From an uncultured Thermoleophilia bacterium (lineage in GTDB: Bacteria > Actinomycetota > Thermoleophilia > UBA2241): a stretch of DNA of 64,000 bases. Location of the stretch: NCBI GenBank assembly GCA_963829205.1, contig CAWHHT010000012.1, positions 324,540 to 388,539 of the forward strand, written 5' to 3'. The notes beneath the pieces were generated by a model, which did no database searches, was not told the origin of the DNA, and saw only the letters and a list, made by a program, of their open reading frames with translations. Positions 8,970 to 17,385 of this stretch are shown here, piece after piece. Both the position numbers and the translations under genes were made by a program. Each line of letters opens with the position of its first letter. The first letter of the stretch is position 1.

Positions 8970-10640
8970 TCAGTCCAGTGTGACTCCTCCCTTCCCCGGA
9001 CCGTCACTTGAGGACATCTCGCTCATCCCTGAGCCGGGCTCCGCGACCCTCCCTGCCATGCCGGCGGCGAGGCCCTCAGCGGCCTCCCTGTCCGGACCCG
9101 GCAGCTCGATCTCGTGGATCGTGGCGCTGAGGTCGACGCCACGCGCTCTCTGAATGACGTAGACGATGATGCCGACCACCACGACCACGACGAGCGAGAC
9201 GGCGACGATGTAGTTGTCGTACCAGGCCGCCCCGGGCGTGCGCGGCCACGACAGGTTGACGATCATGAACACACCGTAGGCCAGCGCGATGATGTTCACC
9301 GGCCAGCCCCACCGGCCGAGGTTGAAGTACGCCTTGTCCTTGGGCCAGCCCTTGCCGCGCGCGATCAGGCCGCCGAGCACGACCATCTGGTAGGCGATGT
9401 AGGTGCCCGCCGTTGCCCACGCGGTCACGCGGGCGATCTGGATGAACGGGTCGCCGCCGCCGAGGTTGACGTACAGCAGGATGACGATGGCGCCGACGGC
9501 GATGAAGATCGCCGACATCATCGGCGTCTTCGTCCTCGGGTGGACGTACCCGAAGAACTTCGAGGCCGGGATCATCTTGTCCCTGCCATAGGCGAACAGC
9601 AGGCGGGTCGCCGCCGCCTGAATGGCGAGGCAGCAGACGAAGATCGCGACGCATACCGAGATGAGGAAAGCATTCGTGACCCAGCTCGGGAAGTGCGCGT
9701 TGAAGATGTAGGCGATCGCCCCGGTGCCCTGGGCCTGCGTCTTGGCGACGTCTGGGATAGCCAGGACCATCGCGACCAGCCAGAAGGCGCTGATGGCCGC
9801 CGTGATGCCGATAGCCGTGAGCATGGCGCGCGGCACTGCACGCGTCGGGTTCACGGTTTCCTCTGCCAGCCCCCCCGCGGTGTCGAAGCCGTACATCACC
9901 CATGCGCCGGTCAGCATCGAGGCGAGGAAGAGGCTGCCGTACCCGAAGAGGGCGCCGTGGCCGGCGCCCGGCGTCGTGTCGAACAGGACGCTGAGGCTCT
10001 GGTGCGCCCCGTGCCCGATGATCACCGTGATGTAGAGCGCGATGGCGATCACCACAAGCCCGATGATCTCGGTCACCGTGCCGATGTTGTTGAAGAAGGC
10101 CGTCACCTTGACGCTGTAGATGTTCAGGAGCATCGGCCCAAGCGCGAAGCAGACGGCTATCCAGAGCAGCGTGCCGTGCGTCGTCTGCCAGCCCATCAGC
10201 GAGCAGACGATCGGCGCAACGCCGAAGGCGACCGCAGCCACCGTGACCAGCAGGGCGGCGGCGAACATCCACGCCACCCACCACCCGTAGGTGCCGCCCA
10301 TGAACCGTTTGGCCCACTGGTAGAGGCCGCCGGCGAGCGGATAGTGCGACGCCGCCTCGGCGAAGACGAGAGCGACCATGAACTGGCCGAAGACGATGAT
10401 CGGCCATTGCCAGATGAGCCCCGCGGGCCCGCCGATGTCGAGGCCATAGTAGAAGAGTGCGTAGAAGCCGTTGGTCGCCGAGATGAAGCTGAAGGCGATG
10501 GCGAAGGTCGAGAAGAAGCCGAGGGAACGCCGCAGGTCCTGGTTGTAGCCGAACTTGGCGAGCTGCTCCTGGTCCTTGCGATGCTGCGCGTCGGCTTCGT
10601 CGTGGAACAAGTGCCGGTGGTGCTCAGGTTCTGATGCCAT
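8970..10640 (-). CDS. APC-superfamily amino acid/amine permease
   Basis: 556 aa with about 12 hydrophobic segments. The N-terminal region FFSTFAIAFSFISATNGFYALFYYG..AEAASHYPLAGGLYQW is typical of amino-acid permeases. Confidence 0.85.
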   Translation of the reverse strand: MASEPEHHRHLFHDEADAQHRKDQEQLAKFGYNQDLRRSLGFFSTFAIAFSFISATNGFYALFYYGLDIGGPAGLIWQWPIIVFGQFMVALVFAEAASHYPLAGGLYQWAKRFMGGTYGWWVAWMFAAALLVTVAAVAFGVAPIVCSLMGWQTTHGTLLWIAVCFALGPMLLNIYSVKVTAFFNNIGTVTEIIGLVVIAIALYITVIIGHGAHQSLSVLFDTTPGAGHGALFGYGSLFLASMLTGAWVMYGFDTAGGLAEETVNPTRAVPRAMLTAIGITAAISAFWLVAMVLAIPDVAKTQAQGTGAIAYIFNAHFPSWVTNAFLISVCVAIFVCCLAIQAAATRLLFAYGRDKMIPASKFFGYVHPRTKTPMMSAIFIAVGAIVILLYVNLGGGDPFIQIARVTAWATAGTYIAYQMVVLGGLIARGKGWPKDKAYFNLGRWGWPVNIIALAYGVFMIVNLSWPRTPGAAWYDNYIVAVSLVVVVVVGIIVYVIQRARGVDLSATIHEIELPGPDREAAEGLAAGMAGRVAEPGSGMSEMSSSDGPGKGGVTLD

Positions 10641-10643
10641 GGC

Positions 10644-10991
10644 TCACCTCCAGTGCGGGTAGGTCACGTAGAAGAAGCGGCCGTAAGATGCAGTACTCCA
10701 AAAGACCACGAGGCCCTTCTTCTGTGGGATGTACACGATGTCACCCGGCTTGAACTGGCGGCTGCTGCCGTTCTCAGTGAGGGTGATCTCGCCCTCGAGC
10801 ATGTAGCACGTGGCGGCGTCGTCGTCGTAGTCGAAGTCGACGGGAGCGCCGGGGAAGACCTCACAGACACCGGCGCAGAACGGGGCGCCCTGCGTGCGGT
10901 CGATCACGTCCACGAGGTTGAGCTTGCTGTCGGGGCCCACGTCGAGCGGCTCCGTGGCAATGTCTGCTGCCGGTACGAGGTGGAATTCCAT
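10644..10991 (-). CDS. cupin-domain protein (EutQ / DUF861-like)
   Basis: About 115 aa. The segment YMLEGEITLTENGSSRQFKPGDIVYIPQKKG fits the cupin beta-barrel pattern. The stop lies 3 nt upstream of the permease start, so the two are probably co-transcribed. Confidence 0.7.
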   Translation of the reverse strand: MEFHLVPAADIATEPLDVGPDSKLNLVDVIDRTQGAPFCAGVCEVFPGAPVDFDYDDDAATCYMLEGEITLTENGSSRQFKPGDIVYIPQKKGLVVFWSTASYGRFFYVTYPHWR

Positions 10992-11259
10992 CGCCCCCCC
11001 TCTCGATAAGGTCACGCGTATCGATCAGATGCCCGGCTACCGCCGGGACCAGCGGGGTCGTGCCGGCCGACCAGCCGGCGGTTCACGGTACCCAATCTCC
11101 CAGTCGCTCCCCCTCTCGCTCGCGTCCGGGGCGGGCGCGCTGCGTGAGACCCATGATGACGGTCTGCACAGAGCCCGTGTTGCGGTGTTGACTCACCAGC
11201 ACTCTAGCCGGAGAATCGGACAAGGCAAGGCTAGGAGACTACGAGGCAAATGATAGGTC

Positions 11260-12558
11260 ATGCCTAGTTTTCGCATCCCACCGCCGCTCAGGTCCGCCTT
11301 GTCCCGAAGCAGCACCGAAGCGCCCCCGCGGCCCCCCATCACCGCCAAGGACCCTCGGCTGCGGGCATTCATACAGGTCAGCTACGGAGTCTTGTACGAC
11401 TGGGACATCGAGAGCGGCGCAATCGCCTTCAGCGAGCAGCTCGACGCGATGCTGGGCTTGCCGACGGGCGGTTTCCCGCGTCACATCGAGGGCTGGCTCG
11501 AGCGCATCCACCCCGACGATCACGAGGCGACCATGGCAGCCCTCGCCGACGCCGTCCTCGAGAACCGGCCGTTCAGCTGCGACTATCGGCTGCAGCATAG
11601 CGACGGCTCCTGGCTGACGGTGAGCGACCAGGGCGTGCTGCTCACCAATCGCTCAGGGCGCGCCATCAATATGATCGGCGCGATGCGTGACGTCACGCGC
11701 GAACGCGCCGCCCAAGCTGTGCAGCGCGAGGCCGACGAGCTGCGGAGGGTGCTGTTCCGCCTCCCGAGCCCCGCGATGCAGGTCGACGCACGCGGGGCCT
11801 ACGTGGACGCCAACGCGCGCGCGCTCGAGTTCTTCGCACGCACCCGGGAGCAGATGCTGGCCGCCAAGGTGGCCGACGACTTCACCCCCGAGGTCGCCGC
11901 CGCGATCGACGAGGGCGCCAGCGGCGAGATCGGAGGAGTCGAGGCCGAGCTCGAGGTTGAGTGCGTCGTGCGCGGGAGCCCCAAGCACCTGCTCCTGAGC
12001 ATCATCCCCACACAGTTCGCAGGCGAGGGCGGCGCATTCTTGCTCGGTGCCGACATCACGGAGCAGAAGATCATGCAGCAGGCGCTCGGCCGCTCGGAGC
12101 GCGCCATGCGCCGCCAGGCGACGATCGTCGACGAGCGCAACACCGCCCTCAAGGTGCTGCTGGAGCAGCGCGAGCAGGAGCGGCGCGAGCTCGAGGAGCG
12201 CATCGTGCGCAACATCGAGGATCTCATCGCGCCCACGCTCGACCGCCTGAGCCACGCGCTCTACCACCGGCCCGAGCGGCTCGAGGTGGACGCGCTGACG
12301 GCCAACCTCCGCGAGATCGTGAGCCCGTTCGGGCAGCGGCTGGCGCAGGCTCACGACGGCGAGCGCCCGCTAACGCGGCGCGAGAAGGAGGTCGCCAACC
12401 TCGTGAGCCAGGGACGCACCAGCGACGAGATCGCCCAGTCGCTCCACCTGAGCCACGCGGCCGTCGCCTTCCACCGCGCCAACATCCGCCGCAAGCTGGG
12501 GATCCCCAAGGGCGGCCCCCAGCTCAGCACCTACCTGTCCCAGCTCGCACAGCCGTAA
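11260..12558 (+). CDS. PAS-domain LuxR-family transcriptional regulator
   Basis: Two PAS-like regions (e.g. WLERIHPDDHEATMAAL). A coiled-coil linker LKVLLEQREQERRELEERIVRNIEDLIAPTLDRL follows. The C-terminal LuxR HTH is LTRREKEVANLVSQGRTSDEIAQSLHLSHAAVAFHRANIRRKLG. Confidence 0.8.
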   Translation: MPSFRIPPPLRSALSRSSTEAPPRPPITAKDPRLRAFIQVSYGVLYDWDIESGAIAFSEQLDAMLGLPTGGFPRHIEGWLERIHPDDHEATMAALADAVLENRPFSCDYRLQHSDGSWLTVSDQGVLLTNRSGRAINMIGAMRDVTRERAAQAVQREADELRRVLFRLPSPAMQVDARGAYVDANARALEFFARTREQMLAAKVADDFTPEVAAAIDEGASGEIGGVEAELEVECVVRGSPKHLLLSIIPTQFAGEGGAFLLGADITEQKIMQQALGRSERAMRRQATIVDERNTALKVLLEQREQERRELEERIVRNIEDLIAPTLDRLSHALYHRPERLEVDALTANLREIVSPFGQRLAQAHDGERPLTRREKEVANLVSQGRTSDEIAQSLHLSHAAVAFHRANIRRKLGIPKGGPQLSTYLSQLAQP

Positions 12559-12559
12559 C

Positions 12560-12901
12560 GTGGAGCAGCTCATCGAGCCGACACTGGACCGCCTGAGCCA
12601 CATGCTCACTCACCGCCCGGAGCGCTTTGAGCTGGAGTCCCTGCGCGTGAACCTGCGCGAGATCGTGGGCCCCTTTGCGCTGCGGCTGCGCGGCGCGGAC
12701 GATGCAGTGCCGCTGACGCGCCGGGAGGCCGAGGTGGCCAACTTCGTGCGCCTCGGCAAGACCACCGACGAGATCGCCGAGACGCTCCACATCTCACGCT
12801 CCGCGGTCTCGTTCCACCGCGGCAACGTGCGGCGCAAGATGAACCTGCCGAAGGGCGGCCCGCAGCTCGCGACCCACCTCGCCGCGCTGAGCCGCGAGTG
12901 A
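12560..12901 (+). CDS. stand-alone LuxR-type HTH protein, truncated paralog of the preceding gene
   Basis: GTG start 1 nt after the stop of 11260..12558. The 113 aa align collinearly with the last ~115 aa of the upstream protein (EQLIEPTLDRLSH..LTRREAEVANFVRLGKTTDEIAETLHISRSAVSFHRGNVRRKM). Confidence 0.65.
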   Translation: MEQLIEPTLDRLSHMLTHRPERFELESLRVNLREIVGPFALRLRGADDAVPLTRREAEVANFVRLGKTTDEIAETLHISRSAVSFHRGNVRRKMNLPKGGPQLATHLAALSRE

Positions 12902-13111
12902 CGCGCTCCGGCCGGCATCTGCGCCCGTGGTCGAAGGCTGGTCGGGTTGGGATGAAACGGGACGCGCCGACCTGCGTCTAACGAGAGAAGAGTCTGTGCC
13001 GCACAGGCCGGTGGCCGCATGATCCGTGGGAGGCGCGCCGCTCTCCACACCTCTCGCAAACGGAGGCAGAGTCGTGGTGACTCGATTACGAGACCCCAGA
13101 AGGAGCGCCCC

Positions 13112-13546
13112 ATGAATCGGATGGCACTGACGTACACCCTGGCCGCCTGCGGTGCTGCCCTGCTGATCGCCTGCGGCGGCTCCGCGACACAGACATCCGC
13201 GCCGACTCCCGTCTCGAGCCCAAGCTCCCAGACCGCGACGGCCACGCCGCAAGACGCACAGGCAGATCTCCAGGCCAAAGAAGGCGTTCACGCGATCGAG
13301 GTAGGCCTCCAGGCTTGGGCAGTCGCGCAAGCGTCACCGCACTACCCGCGGACCGCGACGGCCGCCGTCCTCGCCAAGTACATGGTGGACCCATGGCCGA
13401 TCAACCCGTTCACCGGCAGCGGCATGAGGCCGGGCACGGGGCACGGCGACTACCAGTACCGGGTCGCGGCGAACAGGAAGCGGTGCACGATCACGGTGAG
13501 ACTGTCAGACGGCAGCGAGTACACACCACAAGTGTTGCAGCTCTAA
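13112..13546 (+). CDS. lipoprotein with pseudopilin (GspG)-like domain
   Basis: AGGAG RBS at 13101-13105. Signal with lipobox MNRMALTYTLAACGAALLIACGG. C-terminus DPWPINPFTGSGMRPGTGHGDYQYR..CTITVRLSDGSEYTP. Confidence 0.7.
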   Translation: MNRMALTYTLAACGAALLIACGGSATQTSAPTPVSSPSSQTATATPQDAQADLQAKEGVHAIEVGLQAWAVAQASPHYPRTATAAVLAKYMVDPWPINPFTGSGMRPGTGHGDYQYRVAANRKRCTITVRLSDGSEYTPQVLQL

Positions 13547-13555
13547 CAGGCACGA

Positions 13556-13583
13556 GGCCCGGCTCCAGGTCCGAAGCCGGGCC
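13556..13583. terminator. hairpin between convergent genes (possible bidirectional terminator)
   Basis: GGCCCGGCT-10 nt loop-AGCCGGGCC, lying between stop 13546 (+) and stop 13585 (-). Confidence 0.45.
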
Positions 13584-13584
13584 G

Positions 13585-14298
13585 CTACTGGTTCTCGAGC
13601 AACTCGTCCTCGTAGACGTCGCGCACGACGCGCGCCGGCACGCCCATGAGGACCTTGCGCGCCGGCGCGTCCTTGGTGACCACCGCGCCGGCGGCGATGA
13701 ACGCCTCTTCGCCGATCTCGATCGCCGGGCAGAGCACGACGCCGCCGCCGACGCGCGCGCCGCGGCGGATGGTCGCGCCCTTGATCAGCTCGTGGCGCTT
13801 CTCGGTGCGGCCCATGAAGTTGTCGTTCGTCGTCTGGACGCAGGGCGCGATGAAGCACCGGTCTTCGATCGTCATGTACGCCGTGATGTAGACGTTGGTC
13901 TGGATCTTGGTGCCGTCGCCGATCGTGGTGTCGTTCTCGACGACGCTGCCACGGCCTACCACCACGCGCTCGCCCAGCGTGCAGCGCTCGCGCACGCCCG
14001 CGTAGTCGCCGAGGATGCAGCCGGCGCCGAGCGTCGTGCCGCGGTAGGCGACGGCACCGGTGCTGATCACGCAGCCGGCACCGAGTGTCAAGGGCGGCAG
14101 CTCGCCGCGCTTCGCCGTGCTCGTCGGCGAGAGCGACGGGACCTTGCCGAGGACGGCGTTGTCCTGGATGAAGCAGCCGTCGCCGATCACCGTGTCGTCG
14201 TAGACCACGACGTTGGCGCCGAAGACGACGTCCTTGCCGATGGTCACGTTGTCGCCGATCAGAAGGTTGAAGCCGGGGGCACCGGGCTTGAGCGTCAT
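13585..14298 (-). CDS. hexapeptide-repeat (LbH) sugar N-acetyltransferase, WbpD/WlbB-like
   Basis: 237 aa with repeated [LIV]-G-x-x-x-x hexapeptides throughout (IGDNVTIGKDVVFGANVVVYDDTVIGDGCFI...). Confidence 0.8.
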   Translation of the reverse strand: MTLKPGAPGFNLLIGDNVTIGKDVVFGANVVVYDDTVIGDGCFIQDNAVLGKVPSLSPTSTAKRGELPPLTLGAGCVISTGAVAYRGTTLGAGCILGDYAGVRERCTLGERVVVGRGSVVENDTTIGDGTKIQTNVYITAYMTIEDRCFIAPCVQTTNDNFMGRTEKRHELIKGATIRRGARVGGGVVLCPAIEIGEEAFIAAGAVVTKDAPARKVLMGVPARVVRDVYEDELLENQ

Positions 14299-14306
14299 CG
14301 CGCCAC

Positions 14307-15338
14307 CTAGTCCAGGTCCGCGGTCTTGACCGGCTGGCCGCCGTTGCGCAGGCTGCGCTCCATCGCGTCGAGGACGCGCACCACGTTGAGCGCGTCGCGC
14401 CCGTCGCTGAGCGGCTGCGTATCATTGCGGATGGCGTCCACGAAGTGCTGCGCCTCCACCTTGAGCGGCTCTTCGTTGCCGATCTTGGGGATGTGGATGT
14501 CGCCGAAGTGGAGGGTGACGAACTCCCCGTAGGTCTCGAACTTCGTGCGCGTCGTCGTCGCGCCCTTGTCGTAGATGGTGACCTTGCGCTCGGCCTCCAT
14601 GTCGTCGAAGACGACCATCTTGTCCGAGCCCACCACGGTGATCTTGCGGCTCTTGTGCGGGTCCAGCCAGCTCACGTGCAGATGGCCGATCACGCCGCTC
14701 GGGTACTTGATGTAGCCGAACACGACGTCCTCGACCCCGTCCTGCAGGTAGCACTCGCCGCGAGCGCTGACCTCCTCGGGCTCCTCGCCGATGAGGAAGT
14801 TGAGCACCGAGATGTCGTGCGGGCCGAGGCTCCAGAGCGCGTTCTCGTCGGTGCGCACCTTGCCGAGGTTGAGGCGGTTGGCGTAGATGTAGAAGACCTT
14901 GCCGAGGCTGCCGCTGTCGACCATCTCCTTGAGCTTGCGCACGGCCGGGTGGTACTCGAGCAGGTGGCCGACCATGAGCTTGAGCCCCTTCGACTGCGCG
15001 GTCACCAGCAGGTCGGCCGCTTCGGTCGCCTTGAGCGCGATCGGCTTCTCGATGAACGTGTGCTTGCCGGCCTCGAGCGCCTTCTTGCCGAGGGCGTAGT
15101 GCGTCGGCACCGATGTCGCGACGACGATCGCGTCCAGCGAGTCGTCGGCCAGGAGCCGCCCATAGTCGTCGGTCACGACGGCGTCCGGGTAGAGGGAGCG
15201 CGCCTTTGCCAGGTTGGCCTCGTCGAGGTCGCAGCAGTAAGCGAGCTCGGCGTCGGCGAGACGGTCGAAGTTGCGCGCGAGGTTGGGGCCCCAGTAGCCG
15301 AGGCCGACCACGCCGACGCGGACCTTGTCAGCAGTCAC
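14307..15338 (-). CDS. Gfo/Idh/MocA-family oxidoreductase, WbpB-like
   Basis: N-terminal Rossmann motif VRVGVVGLGYWGPNLARN plus the EKP motif (FIEKPIA). Confidence 0.85.
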   Translation of the reverse strand: MTADKVRVGVVGLGYWGPNLARNFDRLADAELAYCCDLDEANLAKARSLYPDAVVTDDYGRLLADDSLDAIVVATSVPTHYALGKKALEAGKHTFIEKPIALKATEAADLLVTAQSKGLKLMVGHLLEYHPAVRKLKEMVDSGSLGKVFYIYANRLNLGKVRTDENALWSLGPHDISVLNFLIGEEPEEVSARGECYLQDGVEDVVFGYIKYPSGVIGHLHVSWLDPHKSRKITVVGSDKMVVFDDMEAERKVTIYDKGATTTRTKFETYGEFVTLHFGDIHIPKIGNEEPLKVEAQHFVDAIRNDTQPLSDGRDALNVVRVLDAMERSLRNGGQPVKTADLD

Positions 15339-15353
15339 GGGTGTGTCTCCCTG

Positions 15354-16621
15354 TCAGAGTTTCCAGACGTTGCCGGCGCTGGGCACGCCGGCCGTGGCGT
15401 TGCGGAAGTCGACCACGAGGTCGGCTTCGTGGACCACGGCCCGGTAGTCCAGCGCCGAGTGCGCGGTGACGATGGTCACGACGTCGTAGTCGGCGAGGGC
15501 GCGGTAGTCGTCGAGCGGCACCGAACTCAGCCCGAACTCCGGCAGCTCCGCGCAGTACGGGTCGTGGTAGGCCACGTCGGCGCCGTGCTCGCGCAGCAGG
15601 CGGATCACCTTGAGAGCGGGCGACTCGCGCAGGTCGTCGATGTCGGCCTTGTAGGCGACGCCGAGGACGAGCACGCGGGCGCCGTTCAGGCTCTTGCCGC
15701 GCGTGTTGAGCGCCCGGTGGAGCTTCTCGACGCAGAAGTACGGCATGTTCTCGTTGACCTTGCCGGCCAGCTCGATGAACTCCGTCCAGAAGTCGAACTC
15801 GCGCGCCTTCCAGCTCAGGTAGAACGGGTCGATGGGGATGCAGTGCCCGCCGAGGCCGGGGCCGGGCTGGAACTTCATGAAGCCGAACGGCTTGGTCGCC
15901 GCGGCGTCGATGACCTCCCAGATGTCGACCTTCATGCGGTCGCAGAGCATCGCCAGCTCGTTCATCAGCGCGATGTTGACGCTGCGGAAGATGTTCTCGA
16001 GCAGCTTCGTCATCTCCGCCGCTTCCGGCGTGCTGACCGGCACCACGTGGTCGAGCGCGGGGCCGTAGACCTGCAGCGCCCGCTCCGTGCACGCCGGCGT
16101 GAGCCCGCCGACGACCTTGGGCGTGCTCCTGCGTGGTGTAGTCGGTGCGCCCAGGGTCGACGCGCTCCGGCGAGAAGGCGACGTGGAAGTCGACGCCGGC
16201 CGTGAGCCCGGAGCCGCGCTCGAGGATCGGCGCCAGGACCTCGCGCGTCGTGCCCGGATACGTGGTGCTCTCGAGCGTGACGAGCTGGCCGCGCCGCAGG
16301 TGGCCGGCCAGCTTCTCGCGTGGCGTCGGTGACCAGCGTGAGGTCGGGCTCGCGGTTGGCGTTGAGCGGCGTCGGCAGGCAGATGATGTCGGCGTCGCAG
16401 TCCTCGGTGGCGGCGTAGTCCGTGGTGGCGTGGATGAGCCCCGCGTCGACCATCTTCTTGAGCGCGTCGCCGGCGACGTCCTGGATGTAGCTGCGGCCGG
16501 CGTTGACCTCGTCGCAGCGCGAGGCCACGGCCTCGACGCCGACGACTTCGACGCCGGCCTCGGCGAACACCATGGCCAGCGGCAGGCCCACGTAGCCAAG
16601 GCCGATGACTGCGATCTTCAC
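15354..16621 (-). pseudogene. nucleotide-sugar dehydrogenase (UDP-N-acetyl-D-glucosamine/mannosamine dehydrogenase, WbpA/WecC-like), two frame changes
   Basis: N-terminus MKIAVIGLGYVGLPLAMVFAEAG reads in one frame. KLAGHLRRGQLVTLESTTYPGTTREV..FSPERVDPG reads in a second. KVVGG..KLLENIFRSVNIALMNE..GLGGHCIPIDP reads to the stop in a third. Shifts lie near 16325 and 16130. Confidence 0.8.
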
Positions 16622-16800
16622 GTGAGCTCCTGTGGGTTGCGTGGTCGAGCGGCTGAGCGCTCCGTCGAGTACGGCATTCTATCGTATCGGGCCCGACCGC
16701 CCGGGCCGCCGTCCGGTGAGCCCAGCCGACCGCCGCCCGCAAGCCTCTCTTCTGGCGCGGCCCCGCTGCCGATAGAGGAGGCGACGGGTACAATCGGAGG

Positions 16801-17344
16801 ATGAACATGGCGCGACGCCCAGACGTGGAGAGCATCCCGGCCGACCTGGACCGCTTCCTCGCGACGTTCTTCGCACGCCGCGGGTGGCGCAGCGAGATCA
16901 AGTACGACCCGAGCGACGACCGCTTGTACCTGGAGGTCCGGCTCGAGAGCCGCCGGCTCTCCGCCGACGACCGCTTCCTCTCGCTGGTCGAGTACTTCGC
17001 CCGCGCCCAGGACGCGGTCCTGCGCCAGCGCGCCGGGCTGCCGCTCCAGTGCCGCCTGTACGCGGAGGACGGGAGCGAGCTCACCGACCCTCCTGCACTC
17101 GCGCGGCTCGAGCTACCTCGACGACAACGCGCGCGGCTCGGGCATGAAGCGCCGCCTCGCGTGGCTCGGGTTCAGGCGGCGCTTCATGCTGCGTATCCTG
17201 CCGGGCGCCTTGCTGTGGGCGGCCGCCTTCGTGTTCGTCGTGGACGTCGTCGGCCTCCCGGCGCCCGTCGCCGTGTTCGTCGCCCTCGCGGCGCTCGGTC
17301 TCCAGGCGCTCGTCGTCTGGCAGCTCGCCTCGCGACGGGGCTGA
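16801..17344 (+). CDS. hypothetical protein, possibly frameshifted, with C-terminal TM hairpin
   Basis: The soluble N-terminal part (MNMARRPDVESIPADLDRFLATFFARRGW...) is in one frame. A TM-rich tail (MKRRLAWLGF..LLWAAAFVFVVDVV..VFVALAALGLQALVVW) is in another frame from 17144. The gene may be one or two loci. Confidence 0.4.
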
Positions 17345-17385
17345 CCGTACAGGACAGGCGCGCGCCGCGCGCCGAACTCTCCTCC

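Noticed and set aside
14445-16205. Long ORFs antisense to recognised genes. Examples are 14445-16205 (+), 9114-10634 (+), 20612-22567 (+), 26197-28281 (+), 32355-34457 (-), 34832-36157 (-), 36940-38859 (+, except its last 64 codons), 46217-48049 (-) and 55185-56660 (-).
   Set aside because: Their translations are dominated by Arg/Ala/Gly/Pro/Asp/His runs with no recognisable motifs. They mirror strands that encode clearly conserved proteins. Stop-codon depletion in high-GC DNA produces such shadow ORFs.
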